64,000 bases of DNA, taken from contig JBJMHS010000020.1 of NCBI GenBank assembly GCA_045807245.1, forward strand, positions 1,662-65,661, written 5' to 3'. Shown here piece by piece: positions 29,217 to 39,736 of the stretch (position 1 is its first letter; every line of letters starts with the position of its first letter). Origin of the DNA: Actinomycetales bacterium (GTDB taxonomy: Bacteria; Actinomycetota; Actinomycetes; Actinomycetales; CAVURS01). A program made the position numbers and the translations under genes. Under the pieces are notes generated by a model. That model worked only from the letters and a program-made list of their open reading frames with translations, was not told where the DNA came from and searched no databases.

Positions 29217-30602
29217 GTGAGCGAGCAGACGCCGTACGACGCGGCTTTGGACACAGCAGCCCGGCACGCCCGGGCGTGGCTCGCGTCGGTGCCGGAGCGC
29301 CCGGTCGCGGCCCGCGCGGGCGTCGACGAGATCGCCAAGGTGCTGGGCAACGGCCTGCCCGACGGCCCCACGGCTGCCGACCAGGTCGTCGACGAGCTCG
29401 CAACGGCCGCCGACCCGGGCCTGGCCGCCATGGGCTCGGGCCGCTGGTTCGGTTTCGTCATCGGCGGCACGTTGCCGGCGGCGCTCGGGGCGGACTGGCT
29501 GACCAGCGCGTGGGACCAGAACTCCGGGCTGCGCCAGGTCACCCCGGCCGTGACCGCGCTCGGTGACGTGGCGGCCCGTTGGCTGCTCGAGCTGCTGCAG
29601 CTGCCCGCCGGGTGCAGCGTGGGCTGGGCGACCGGCGCGACGACGGCGAACTTCGCCGGGCTCGCGGCCGCGCGCTACCGGGTGCTCGAGCGTGCCGGCT
29701 GGAACGTGGAGCGGGACGGCCTGCAGGGGGCACCGCGCGTCCGGGTCTTCGCGGGCGAGGAGGTGCACAGCTCGGTCGAGCTCGGCCTGCGGATGCTGGG
29801 CCTGGGCGAGCCGGTGCGGGTCAGGGCCGACGCCGAGGGACGGATGCGTCCGGACGCCTTGGCCAAGGCCCTCGCCGAAGGACCGGAGGGCGGGCCGGTC
29901 GTCGTCGTGCTCCAGGCCGGCAACGTCCACTCGGGTGCGTTCGACGAGTTCGCCGCGCTCGTGCCGCTGGCCCACCAGGCCGGTGCCTGGGTGCACGTGG
30001 ACGGCGCCTTCGGGTTGTGGGCCGCCGCCAGCCCACCGCTGCGCGCGCTGACCGTGGGGATGGCCGGTGCCGACTCGTGGGCGACCGACGCGCACAAGAC
30101 GCTCAACGTGCCGTACGACAGCGGGGTCGTCCTGTGTGCCGACCCGGTCGCCCATCGGGCCGCCCTGGGCGTGCAGGGCCCGTACCTGATCCAGGACGAC
30201 GCCGGCGACCCCTCCGACTTCGTCCCGGAGCTGTCCCGCAGGGGCCGCGAGATCGTCATCTGGGCGGCGCTGCGCTCGCTCGGCCGTTCCGGCGTCGAGG
30301 ACCTGATGGCGGGGTTGTGCCGGGCGGCCCGGCGGTTCGCCGACGGCGTGTCCGCCATCCCGGGTGCGCGCGTGCTCAACGACGTGGTCTACACGCAGGT
30401 CTGCGTCGGGTTCGGCTCGGACGAGCTCACCCAGCGCGTCGTACGGCGGGTGCTGGATGACGGGACCGCGTGGATGAGCGGCAGCCGCTGGCACGACCAG
30501 GCCGTGCTGCGCGTGTCGGTGAGCAACGCGGCGACCACCGACGAGGACGTCGACCGGAGCGTGGACGCGCTCGCCCGAATTGTCGGCGAGGAGTCGACGT
30601 AG
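29217..30602 (+). CDS. Group II PLP-dependent amino-acid decarboxylase
   Basis: WVHVDGAFG, ATDAHKTLNVPYDSG (PLP lysine), PELSRR. Confidence 0.88.
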   Translation: MSEQTPYDAALDTAARHARAWLASVPERPVAARAGVDEIAKVLGNGLPDGPTAADQVVDELATAADPGLAAMGSGRWFGFVIGGTLPAALGADWLTSAWDQNSGLRQVTPAVTALGDVAARWLLELLQLPAGCSVGWATGATTANFAGLAAARYRVLERAGWNVERDGLQGAPRVRVFAGEEVHSSVELGLRMLGLGEPVRVRADAEGRMRPDALAKALAEGPEGGPVVVVLQAGNVHSGAFDEFAALVPLAHQAGAWVHVDGAFGLWAAASPPLRALTVGMAGADSWATDAHKTLNVPYDSGVVLCADPVAHRAALGVQGPYLIQDDAGDPSDFVPELSRRGREIVIWAALRSLGRSGVEDLMAGLCRAARRFADGVSAIPGARVLNDVVYTQVCVGFGSDELTQRVVRRVLDDGTAWMSGSRWHDQAVLRVSVSNAATTDEDVDRSVDALARIVGEEST

Positions 30603-30660
30603 GCGTTCTGACCGTTGCGGGACAGCGAGTTTCGGACTGCCCGGTGTTTCGGCCCGGTGC

Positions 30661-30682
30661 TGTCGGCGCGGTGCCATAGGCT
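30661..30682 (+). promoter_or_regulatory. PafBC-type (RecA-NDp) promoter motif upstream of dnaE
   Basis: TGTCGG-N10-TAGGCT exact match, 6 nt before GTG 30689. Confidence 0.65.
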
Positions 30683-30688
30683 CGCGGA

Positions 30689-33600
30689 GTGCCAGGCGGG
30701 GTCGGTGGAGCGAGCGGCGATAAGTCGGGTTTCGTCCATCTGCACGTGCACACCGAGTACTCCATGCTCGATGGCGCTGCGCGCATCGACAGCCTGTTCG
30801 AGGAGGCCGCGCGCCTCAAGATGCCGGCCCTGGCGACCACCGACCACGGCTACGTGTTCGGGGCGCACGAGTTCTACCGCAAGGCAGCGGCCCACGGGGT
30901 CAAGCCGATCATCGGCGTGGAGGCCTATCTCGCGCCCGGCACCAGCCGGTTCGACCGCACCCGCGTCAAGTGGGGAGACGCCGCGTCGGCCAGCCGGGAC
31001 GACGTCTCGGGCGGCGGCGCGTTCACCCACCTCACCCTCTGGGCGGAGACGACAGAGGGCATGCACAACCTGTTCCGCATGTCGTCGCTGGCCAGCATCG
31101 AGGGCCACTTCTACAAGCCCCGGATGGACCGTGACCTGCTGCAGCGGTACGGCAAGGGTCTGATCGCCACGACCGGGTGCCCCTCCGGTGAGGTGCAGAC
31201 CCGGCTGCGGCTCGGCCAGTACGACGCCGCGCGCCAGGCGGCCGCCGACTACCGCGACATCTTCGGTGCGGGCAGCTACTACTGCGAGGTGATGGAGCAC
31301 GGCCTCGGGATCCAGAAGGCCGTGCGCGCCGACCTGCTACGCCTGGCCAAGGACCTCGGCCTACCGCTCGTCGCGACCAACGACCTGCACTACGTCCGGG
31401 CCGAGGACGCCCAGGCGCACGGGGTGCTGCTGTGCGTGCAGTCCGGCTCGACCATGGCCGACCCGAACCGGTTCAAGTTCGACGCGGACGAGTTCTACCT
31501 CAAGACCCCGGCCCAGATGCGCGAGCTCTGGCGCGACCTGCCCGAGGCCTGTGACAACACGCTGGCCATCGCCGAGCGCTGCGACGTCCGGTTCGCCGAG
31601 GGCGGCAACCTGATGCCGCGCTTCCCGGTCCCTGAGGGGGAGTCGGAGCAGTCCTGGTTCGTCAAGGAGGTCGAGCGCGGGCTGCACCACCGGTACCCGG
31701 CCGGCGTCCCGGACCGGGTCCGCCGGCAGGCGGAGTACGAGACGGGCGTCATCGTCGAGATGGGCTTCCCGGGTTACTTCCTCGTGGTCGCGGACTTCAT
31801 CAACTGGGCCAAGGAGCACGGCATCCGGGTCGGCCCCGGCCGTGGCTCGGGCGCCGGGTCCGTCGCGGCGTACGCGCTGCGGATCACCGACCTCGACCCG
31901 ATCCAGCACGGCCTGATCTTCGAGCGGTTCCTCAACCCGGACCGCGTCTCGATGCCGGACTTCGACGTTGACTTCGACGAGCGCCGTCGCGGCGAGGTCA
32001 TCCGCTACGTCACGGAGAAGTACGGCTCGGACCGCGTGGCGCAGGTGGTCACCTACGGCACCATCAAGGCCAAGCAGGCGCTCAAGGACTCGGCCCGCGT
32101 CCTGGGCTTCCCGTTCGCCGTGGGCGAACGGCTGACCAAGGCGATGCCGCCGACGGTGATGGGCAAGGACATCTCGCTGGCCGGGATGTTCGACCCGCAG
32201 GACAGCCGGTACAAGGAGGCCGAGGAGTTCCGCAAGCTGCACACGACGGACGCCGAGGCCCAGGAGGTCGTCAAGACAGCGCTGGGGCTCGAGGGGCTCA
32301 AGCGCCAGTGGGGCGTTCACGCGGCCGGCGTCATCATGTCGAGCGAGCCGCTGATCGACATCATCCCGATCATGAAGCGGGAACAGGACGGCGTGATCAT
32401 CACGCAGTTCGACTACCCCACGTGCGAGGGCCTCGGCCTGATCAAGATGGACTTCCTCGGCCTTCGCAACCTGACCGTGCTGGGCGACGCGCTGCGCAAC
32501 ATCGTCACCAACGGCAAGGAGCCGGTCGAGCTCGAGTCGCTGAGCCTCGACGACGCCCCAACGTACGAGCTGATGGCCCGGGGCGACACGCTCGGCGTGT
32601 TCCAGCTGGACGGCGGGCCGATGCGCTCCCTGCTGCGCTCGATGCGACCGGACAAGTTCGAGGACATCAGTGCCGTGGGTGCGCTGTACCGCCCCGGGCC
32701 GATGGGGATGAACTCGCACAACGAGTACGCCGACCGCAAGAACGGCCGCAAGCCGGTCACTGCCCTGCACCCCGAGCTCAAGGAGCCTCTGGCCGAGATC
32801 CTGGGCGAGACGTACGGCCTGATCGTGTACCAGGAGCAGGTCATGGCCGTGGCGCAGAAGGTCGCCGGCTACTCCCTCGGGGCCGCCGACCTGCTGCGCC
32901 GGGCCATGGGCAAGAAGAAGAAGGCCGAGCTGGACGCCCAGCACGAGACGTTCCGGGCCGGGATGGTCGAGCGCGGCTTCTCCGAGGGCGCCATCAAGGC
33001 GCTGTGGGACACCCTCCTGCCGTTCTCGGACTACGCCTTCAACAAGGCCCACTCCGCGGCGTACGGGCTGGTGTCCTACTGGACCGCCTACCTCAAGGCG
33101 AACTACCCGGCCGAGTACATGGCCGCCCTGCTGACCAGCGTCCGCGACGACAAGGACAAGTCGGCGCTGTACCTCAACGAGTGCCGCCGCATGGGGATCA
33201 AGGTCCTGCCGCCCGACGTCAACGAGTCCTCCGCGGAGTTCACCCCGGTCGGCACCGACATCCGCTTCGGCCTGGCCGCCATCCGCAACGTCGGCGCCAA
33301 CGTCGTGGACGCGATCGCGACGGCCCGCGCGGACCGCGGCCGGTTCGCGTCCTTCGAGGACTTCCTGCGCAAGGTGCCTGCGGTCGTCTGCAACAAGCGC
33401 ACGGTCGAGTCCCTGATCAAGGCCGGTGCGTTCGACTCGTTGGCGCATCCACGGGCCGGGCTGTTGACGATTCACGAGACTTTCGTCGACATGTTCGTCG
33501 ACGAGAAGCGCCAGGAGGCGGTGGGGCAGGACTCGCTCTTCGGTGGGTTCGACGACGAACCCGCGGTTCAGCTTGCCGTGCTGCCGCCGATCCCCGACGT

Positions 33601-34243
33601 CGAGTGGGAGAAGTCGATGCTCCTCGGCTTCGAGCGGGAGATGCTCGGGCTGTACGTGTCCGACCACCCGCTGCTGGGCGTCGAGCATGTCCTGTCCCGG
33701 CTCGTGGACGCCTCGATCGCGCGGGTCATGGCCGACGAGGCGCGGCCGGACGGCTCGGTCCTCAGCCTGGCCGGGCTGATCACGTCGCTGCAGTTCAAGA
33801 CCACCAAGCAGGGCAAGCCGTGGGCGCTGGCGACGCTGGAGGACCTCGAGGGCGCCATCGAGGTGCTGTTCTTCCCGCAGACCTTCGAGCAGGTGCGCAA
33901 CCTGCTGCGCCAGGACCTCATCTGCGTGGTCCGCGGACGGCTCAACCGGCGCGACGACGTACCCACGCTGTACGCGATGGAGTTGACCATCCCCGACGTC
34001 ACCGAGGCCCCGCGGGGCCCGGTCGTGATCTCGCTGCCACCGACCAAGCTGACCCCGCCGGTCGCGGAGCAGCTCAAGGACGTGCTCGCCGACCACCCGG
34101 GTGTCACCGAGGTGCACGTGCGGCTGGAGCAGCCCGGTCACTCGACCGTGCTGCGGCTCGACGACGGCCTGCGGGTCACCGCGAGCCCGGCCCTGTTCGG
34201 CGACCTCAAGCACCTGCTCGGGCCCACCTGCCTGGTCTCCTGA
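30689..34243 (+). CDS. dnaE: DNA polymerase III alpha subunit (DnaE1)
   Basis: FVHLHVHTEYSMLDG PHP domain, GRGSGAGS, MPDFDVDF, KMDFLGL, FNKAHS; no intein-sized insertion. Confidence 0.98.
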   Translation: MPGGVGGASGDKSGFVHLHVHTEYSMLDGAARIDSLFEEAARLKMPALATTDHGYVFGAHEFYRKAAAHGVKPIIGVEAYLAPGTSRFDRTRVKWGDAASASRDDVSGGGAFTHLTLWAETTEGMHNLFRMSSLASIEGHFYKPRMDRDLLQRYGKGLIATTGCPSGEVQTRLRLGQYDAARQAAADYRDIFGAGSYYCEVMEHGLGIQKAVRADLLRLAKDLGLPLVATNDLHYVRAEDAQAHGVLLCVQSGSTMADPNRFKFDADEFYLKTPAQMRELWRDLPEACDNTLAIAERCDVRFAEGGNLMPRFPVPEGESEQSWFVKEVERGLHHRYPAGVPDRVRRQAEYETGVIVEMGFPGYFLVVADFINWAKEHGIRVGPGRGSGAGSVAAYALRITDLDPIQHGLIFERFLNPDRVSMPDFDVDFDERRRGEVIRYVTEKYGSDRVAQVVTYGTIKAKQALKDSARVLGFPFAVGERLTKAMPPTVMGKDISLAGMFDPQDSRYKEAEEFRKLHTTDAEAQEVVKTALGLEGLKRQWGVHAAGVIMSSEPLIDIIPIMKREQDGVIITQFDYPTCEGLGLIKMDFLGLRNLTVLGDALRNIVTNGKEPVELESLSLDDAPTYELMARGDTLGVFQLDGGPMRSLLRSMRPDKFEDISAVGALYRPGPMGMNSHNEYADRKNGRKPVTALHPELKEPLAEILGETYGLIVYQEQVMAVAQKVAGYSLGAADLLRRAMGKKKKAELDAQHETFRAGMVERGFSEGAIKALWDTLLPFSDYAFNKAHSAAYGLVSYWTAYLKANYPAEYMAALLTSVRDDKDKSALYLNECRRMGIKVLPPDVNESSAEFTPVGTDIRFGLAAIRNVGANVVDAIATARADRGRFASFEDFLRKVPAVVCNKRTVESLIKAGAFDSLAHPRAGLLTIHETFVDMFVDEKRQEAVGQDSLFGGFDDEPAVQLAVLPPIPDVEWEKSMLLGFEREMLGLYVSDHPLLGVEHVLSRLVDASIARVMADEARPDGSVLSLAGLITSLQFKTTKQGKPWALATLEDLEGAIEVLFFPQTFEQVRNLLRQDLICVVRGRLNRRDDVPTLYAMELTIPDVTEAPRGPVVISLPPTKLTPPVAEQLKDVLADHPGVTEVHVRLEQPGHSTVLRLDDGLRVTASPALFGDLKHLLGPTCLVS

Positions 34244-34394
34244 CCGGGCGGCCTGACGCCCGCCCAGCTTGGGGCCAGCCGGGTGACGTGACCGTTTCGC
34301 GACGCTTCGGGGCTGCAGGTGCGCCCGCCACCTGTCGATATCCCGTCGAGCGGCCGGCCGGGTCGCGTACACGCAGCGAGGGGTACGACAGACG

Positions 34395-35963
34395 ATGAGC
34401 GACACCTGGGGCACGCCGGCGCCGCCGCCGGGCCAGGGCCAGCCCGAGATCCTGACCAACGCGGCCACCGGCACGATCCTCGCGGCCGAGCTGCCCCCTA
34501 GCCGGGGGCTCGGCAAGGGCAAGCTGGTCGCGATCGGCGCCGGTGTCGTCGCGGTGGCCGGTATCGGGATCGGTGCGGCGCTCGCCGCCGGCGCCCTCGG
34601 CGGAGGCGGAGCGCAACCGGACAGCTTCGTCCCGGCCAGCGCCGCGGCGTACGCCTCGGTCGACCTCGACCCTTCGCTCGGGCAGAAGGTCGACGCTCTG
34701 CGCTTCCTGCGCAAGTTCCCGTCCGCCCGCAGCTCGCTGGGCAGCACGGACGACATCCGTCAGTGGTTCTTCGACCAGGTGACCAAGGACGACCCGCACC
34801 TGTCCAAGCTGAGCTACGACCGGGACGTGAAGCCGTGGATCGGAGACCGGTTCGCGGTCGCGGCGGTGCCGTCCTCGACGGGCGGTCAGCCGAACGCGGT
34901 CGTGGTGCTGCAGGTCAATGACGAGAGCAAGGCCAAGGCGGGCTTGGCCAAGCTGATGAGCAAGCCGGACGACGGCGTCTGCTCGGTCTCCAGCGGGTAC
35001 GCCGTCTGCGCCGAGAACCGGGCGGTCCTGAACGCCGTGCGCGCCGAGGCCGCGAAGCACTCCCTGGCCGGCAACAGCACCTACCGCTCCGACGTGAGCT
35101 CGGTCGGGAAGCGCGGCATCGCTGTGGCCTGGGGTGACCTCGGCAAGCTGTCCTCGATGGTTCCCAGCGCCGCCTCATCGCCGTTCGGGGGGATGGCCGG
35201 CGGGGTCGGCGGCGTCACCTCCGGCCGGTTCGTCGCCTCGATCCGGTTCACCGGTGACGACGTCGAGCTCGTGGGCACGACCCGCGGCGGCTTGACGACC
35301 GTGAAGCCCGGACCGGGCGGCACTGGCGTCGAGACGCTCCCGGCCGGCACGGTGGCCGCGATCGGCGGCTCGCTCGACCCGCACGCGATCGACCAGGCCT
35401 ACGCCAAGTTCCGCTCGCAGGCGCAGCCGGCCGGCGGGTTCGACCTGGCCGGCGCCATGGAGGAGCAGCTGGCCTCGCTCGGCATCCACCTGCCCAAGGA
35501 CCTCGACGCGCTGCTCGGCACCAAGTTCCAGATCGCGTTCGGGGGCTTCGGTCCCGGCGGTGCGCCGCAGGTGGGCCTGCACAGCAACGCGCCCGCCGGA
35601 CCGGCCGCCCGGGTGCTGGACACGTTGTCCAGCCAGCTCAGCCAGTACGGCGTGCCGTTCGCCCTCCGTCACGTCGCGGCGCGGGACGGCTACGCGGTGG
35701 CGCTCGACGAGCGGTACGCCAAGCAGCTGGCCTCCGGCGGCCGCCTCGGTGACGAGGCCGCGTTCAAGCGCGCGGTCCCGGACGCCGCATCCGCCCAGAG
35801 CGTCGGCTATCTCGACTTCGGCAACCTGCAGAAGGCCCTGCGTGCGTTCGGCAGCAGCGACTCCACGGATGCCGACCTGAAGGCGCTGCTGGCCGCGGGG
35901 TTCAGCGTGAGGACCGGATCGGACGGCACGGCGACGGTCCGCGCGACGCTGATCACGCGCTGA
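34395..35963 (+). CDS. Membrane-anchored exported protein (DUF3352-like)
   Basis: N-terminal TM; QP...VPASA.AY.SVDLDPS.GQK, DVKPWIGDR and L...AFK.AV motifs. Confidence 0.7.
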   Translation: MSDTWGTPAPPPGQGQPEILTNAATGTILAAELPPSRGLGKGKLVAIGAGVVAVAGIGIGAALAAGALGGGGAQPDSFVPASAAAYASVDLDPSLGQKVDALRFLRKFPSARSSLGSTDDIRQWFFDQVTKDDPHLSKLSYDRDVKPWIGDRFAVAAVPSSTGGQPNAVVVLQVNDESKAKAGLAKLMSKPDDGVCSVSSGYAVCAENRAVLNAVRAEAAKHSLAGNSTYRSDVSSVGKRGIAVAWGDLGKLSSMVPSAASSPFGGMAGGVGGVTSGRFVASIRFTGDDVELVGTTRGGLTTVKPGPGGTGVETLPAGTVAAIGGSLDPHAIDQAYAKFRSQAQPAGGFDLAGAMEEQLASLGIHLPKDLDALLGTKFQIAFGGFGPGGAPQVGLHSNAPAGPAARVLDTLSSQLSQYGVPFALRHVAARDGYAVALDERYAKQLASGGRLGDEAAFKRAVPDAASAQSVGYLDFGNLQKALRAFGSSDSTDADLKALLAAGFSVRTGSDGTATVRATLITR

Positions 35964-35981
35964 GGCACTTACCCTGGTCCG

Positions 35982-36581
35982 GTGACGGTTCCCGCTGCCA
36001 GCGACCAGGCCTCGCGCCGCCGTCGTGACCTGCCGGTCCCCCTGCTCGCCGTCGGCGTCGTCGTCGCCGCCGGCCTGCTGTGGGGCGTGCTGTGGTGGCT
36101 GCTCGCGCCGACTGCCGGGACGGTCGTCCAGGACGGCGGCGTCTACCTGCAGGGCCACGACGAGCTGATGGTCGGCCAGGACGGCTGGTTCGTGGTGCTC
36201 GGCGCCGCGGCGGGGGCGATCCTGGCGACCGTCTGGCCGGCCCTCACCCGGCGTCGTCCGGTGGCCGGGCTCCTGGTCGGGCTGGGCGGCTGCCTGGTGG
36301 CCGGCCTGGTCGCCTGGGCGCTCGGCAGCTGGCTCGGTCCGGACTCGCTGCGCTCCCAGCTGGCCGCAGGTGTCAAGGCGCCGGTCACGCCGATCGCCCT
36401 GCACACGTGGGCGGCGCTGCTCTTCGCGCCCTTCCTGTTCGCGGTCGTGCGCGGCGTGACCGAGCTGCTCAGCTCCGCGGTGGCAGGAATGCACACCGAA
36501 CCACCGCCACCGGCGACGTCGACCTCGCCCGCCACGCGCAGCTCAGCTGCGCAAGGCGTCCACGTCCAACAGCGGCAGTGA
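35982..36581 (+). CDS. Four-TM membrane protein (possibly DUF2567-like)
   Basis: GLLWGVLWWLLAP...DGWF...G.WLGP; TACCCT -10 6 nt before GTG. Confidence 0.7.
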   Translation: MTVPAASDQASRRRRDLPVPLLAVGVVVAAGLLWGVLWWLLAPTAGTVVQDGGVYLQGHDELMVGQDGWFVVLGAAAGAILATVWPALTRRRPVAGLLVGLGGCLVAGLVAWALGSWLGPDSLRSQLAAGVKAPVTPIALHTWAALLFAPFLFAVVRGVTELLSSAVAGMHTEPPPPATSTSPATRSSAAQGVHVQQRQ

Positions 36582-37199
36582 CGGCACGACCGACATGATG
36601 GTGATCTCGGTGCGCAGGAACGCGTTGACCGCGGCCAGCCGTTCCGCGTCGGTCGCGACGGACAGCAGCAGCTGACGCTGGCTGAGCGGCATGACGACCG
36701 CCGTGGTGAGCAGGTAGGAGAGCGGCCCGGCGTCCTCCGGCAGATCCTGCGCAACCTGGGGGCCGAACCCGCCGAGCAGCTCGGTGTACCGCGCCCACAG
36801 GGCCCGGCTGCGCAGTGTCGTCGTCGGGTCGAGCTCCCCGTCCTGCTCGTCAATCCACTCGACGACGCCCGTCAGGTACGCCGTGTCAGCCTCCAGGTCG
36901 AGGTCCAGCAGCCGGAACCGTCGCGCCCCGGTGGACAGGATCTGGCTACGCCCGTCGGGCAGCTGAGTCACCTGCTGGAGGGTGGCCGCACAGCCCACGT
37001 CGTACAACGCTCGCAGGCTCCCGGCGCCCACCTCACGTCCCTCGCGGATGGCGACCACACCGAACTCGCGGTCGTCCTCGGGCAGCGCCTCGAGGTCCGA
37101 GACCAGCTGCCGGTAACGCGGTTCGAAGATGTGCAGCGGCAGCACCAGGCCCGGCACGAGGACCGTGCTGAGCGGGAAGAGCGGCAGCCGCTGAGCCAT
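36543..37199 (-). CDS. Stand-alone LON peptidase substrate-binding domain protein
   Basis: [26 protein letters not shown]...G.RRFR; no ATPase or protease domain. Confidence 0.9.
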   Translation of the reverse strand: MAQRLPLFPLSTVLVPGLVLPLHIFEPRYRQLVSDLEALPEDDREFGVVAIREGREVGAGSLRALYDVGCAATLQQVTQLPDGRSQILSTGARRFRLLDLDLEADTAYLTGVVEWIDEQDGELDPTTTLRSRALWARYTELLGGFGPQVAQDLPEDAGPLSYLLTTAVVMPLSQRQLLLSVATDAERLAAVNAFLRTEITIMSVVPSLPLLDVDALRS

Positions 37200-37222
37200 C
37201 GGCCCACCCTAGACTCGACGAG

Positions 37223-38578
37223 GTGATCACCCGCATCGATCTGCGCGGGCGCCGGCTGACCGACTCCGATGCCACCGAGCTGCGCGACGTGCTGCCCCGG
37301 GCCGACCTCGACGTCGCGGCCGCGCTCGCGACGGTGCAGGCGATCATCGCGCAGGTGCGGGCCGGCGGTGCGGCCGCTCTGCGCGACCTCGGTGAGCGTT
37401 TCGACGGCGTCCGGCCCGAGCAGCTGCGCGTGCCGGCGGATGCCCTGTCAGCGGCGCTGGCCGAGCTCGACCCTGCGGTGCGCGCGGCCCTCGAGGAGTC
37501 CATCCGCCGGGCCGGGCTGGTCCACCGCGAACAGCGGCGCAGCGACGTGACCACGAGCGTCGTACCGGGCGGCACGGTCACCGAGCGCTGGGTGCCGGTC
37601 CGGCGGGTGGGGCTGTACGTACCGGGTGGCCTCGCGGTGTATCCGAGCAGCGTCGTGATGAACGTCGTACCGGCCCAGGAGGCGGGCGTCGGGTCGCTCG
37701 CCATCGCGTCGCCGCCCCAGCGGGACAACCCGGCGCGGTTCACCGGACTGCCGCACCCGGCGATCCTCTCGGCGTGCGCCCTGCTCGGCGTGGACGAGGT
37801 GTACGCCGTCGGCGGGGCCCAGGCGATCGCGATGTTCGCGTACGGCGCGCGCGAGACCGACGGGCCGGACACCGGGGCGCTGGTCTGCGCGCCGGTCGAC
37901 CTGGTCACCGGGCCGGGCAACATCTGGGTGGCGGCGGCCAAGCGGGCGCTCAAGGGACTGGTCGGGATCGATGCGGAAGCCGGGCCGACCGAGATCGCGA
38001 TCCTGGCCGACGACTCCGCTTCGCCGGTGCACGTCGCCGCCGACCTGGTCAGCCAGGCCGAGCACGACCCGCTGGCGGCAGCGGTACTCGTCACGGACAG
38101 CGAGGAGCTCGCGGACGCCGTGGCCGCCGAGCTCGGGCGCCAGGTGGCTGCGACCAAGCACGTCGAGCGGGTCGGCACGGCCTTGACCGGGCGGCAGTCC
38201 GGCATCGTGCTGGTCGACGACCTGGACGCCGGGCTGGTCGTCGTGGACGCCTACGCCGCTGAGCACCTGGAGATCCAGACCAGGGACGCGCGTGCGCTGG
38301 CGGCGGCGGTCCGCAACGCGGGAGCGGTCTTCGTCGGGCCGTTCTCGCCGGTCTCCCTCGGCGACTACGTCGCCGGGTCGAACCACGTCCTGCCCACGGG
38401 TGGCTGCGCCCGGCACTCGAGCGGTCTGTCGGTCCAGTCCTTCCTGCGCGGCATCCACGTCGTCGACTACGACGAGGGGGCCCTGCGCGAGGTGGCCGCT
38501 CACGTGAGCGCACTGGCCGAAGCCGAGGACCTGCCCGCCCACGGCGCGGCCGTGCGGGTGCGGTTCGACCGGAGCTGA
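37223..38578 (+). CDS. hisD: Histidinol dehydrogenase
   Basis: [39 protein letters not shown]. Confidence 0.97.
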   Translation: MITRIDLRGRRLTDSDATELRDVLPRADLDVAAALATVQAIIAQVRAGGAAALRDLGERFDGVRPEQLRVPADALSAALAELDPAVRAALEESIRRAGLVHREQRRSDVTTSVVPGGTVTERWVPVRRVGLYVPGGLAVYPSSVVMNVVPAQEAGVGSLAIASPPQRDNPARFTGLPHPAILSACALLGVDEVYAVGGAQAIAMFAYGARETDGPDTGALVCAPVDLVTGPGNIWVAAAKRALKGLVGIDAEAGPTEIAILADDSASPVHVAADLVSQAEHDPLAAAVLVTDSEELADAVAAELGRQVAATKHVERVGTALTGRQSGIVLVDDLDAGLVVVDAYAAEHLEIQTRDARALAAAVRNAGAVFVGPFSPVSLGDYVAGSNHVLPTGGCARHSSGLSVQSFLRGIHVVDYDEGALREVAAHVSALAEAEDLPAHGAAVRVRFDRS

Positions 38579-38602
38579 GTTAGCCCTCCCTAGACTTGCC
38601 CG

Positions 38603-39736
38603 GTGACCGCCGACCTGCCGCTGCGCCCCGACCTGCGCGGGAGCACGCCGTACGGCGCTCCGCAGCTGGACGTGCCGGTCCGCCTCAACACGAACGAGAA
38701 CTCCTACGACGTGCCGCAGCAGGTCGCGCTGGCCGTGGTCGAGGCCGTTGCCGGCCAGGTCCAGCACCTCAACCGGTACCCGGACCGGGAGTTCACCCAG
38801 CTGCGCCGGGCGCTGGCTGCGTACCTCACGTCGACGACGGGGCAACCGGTAGGCGAGGCCCAGGTGTGGGCCGCCAACGGCTCGAACGAGGTGCTGCAGC
38901 AGCTGCTCCAGGCGTTCGGGGGGGCCGGACGGACGGCCATGGGGTTCACGCCGGCGTACTCGATGCATCCGCGCATCGCGCAGGTCACCGCCACCGCCTG
39001 GCTGGACGGCGTGCGTGCGGACCCCGCGCGCGGGGACTTCGACCTGAGCGCTGCCCACGCGGCCGAGCAGGTCGCCGCCGCCGACCCGGACATCGTCTTC
39101 CTCTGCTCGCCCAACAACCCCACCGGTACGGCGGTCGCGCTGGACGTGGTGGCTGCCGTGTACGACGCGTCGCGCCGGGCGATGCTCGTGGTCGACGAGG
39201 CGTACAGCGAGTTCGCGCGAGCCGGTACGCCGAGCGCGCTCGAGCTGTTGCCCGGTCGCCCCCGCCTGGTGGTCACCCGGACCATGAGCAAGGCGTTCGC
39301 CTTCGCCGGCGCCCGGCTCGGCTACCTGGCCGCCGATCCGGCGGTCGCCGACGCGCTCCGGCTGGTACGCCTGCCGTACCACCTGTCCGCGCTCACCCAG
39401 GCAGCCGCGGGTGCGGCGCTGGCTCACGCGCCGCACCTCCTGGCCACGGTCGAAGCCACCAAAGCCGAGCGCGACCGCATCGTCGAGGCCCTGGCGGGGA
39501 TGGGACTCGCCCCCGTGCCGAGCGACGCGAACTTCGTCCTCTTCGGTGGCCTGGCCGACGAGCGGGCCACCTGGCAGGCGCTGCTGGACCGGGGCGTGCT
39601 GATCCGTGACGTCGGCCTGCCGGGACATCTGCGCGTGACCGCGGGCACGCCGGCCGAGACGTCGACGTTCCTGGCCGCCATGGCCGACGTTCTGGCCATC
39701 CCCCGCGAGCTCGCGAGCCGCAGGGAGAGCGCATGA
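38603..39736 (+). CDS. hisC: Histidinol-phosphate aminotransferase
   Basis: [30 protein letters not shown]. Confidence 0.96.
   Translation: MTADLPLRPDLRGSTPYGAPQLDVPVRLNTNENSYDVPQQVALAVVEAVAGQVQHLNRYPDREFTQLRRALAAYLTSTTGQPVGEAQVWAANGSNEVLQQLLQAFGGAGRTAMGFTPAYSMHPRIAQVTATAWLDGVRADPARGDFDLSAAHAAEQVAAADPDIVFLCSPNNPTGTAVALDVVAAVYDASRRAMLVVDEAYSEFARAGTPSALELLPGRPRLVVTRTMSKAFAFAGARLGYLAADPAVADALRLVRLPYHLSALTQAAAGAALAHAPHLLATVEATKAERDRIVEALAGMGLAPVPSDANFVLFGGLADERATWQALLDRGVLIRDVGLPGHLRVTAGTPAETSTFLAAMADVLAIPRELASRRESA

Noticed and set aside
30689-34243. Possible intein in DnaE
   Set aside because: The length (1184 aa) is typical and the polymerase motifs are uninterrupted.
31361-34756. 1131-aa antisense ORF opposite dnaE, and similar long shadow ORFs (2845..5712, 13211..14026 extension, 22806..24815, 37448..39628, 44636..46468, 59329..61191)
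   Set aside because: These mirror or overlap well-supported genes. Stop-codon scarcity in high-GC coding DNA explains them, and their translations show no motifs.
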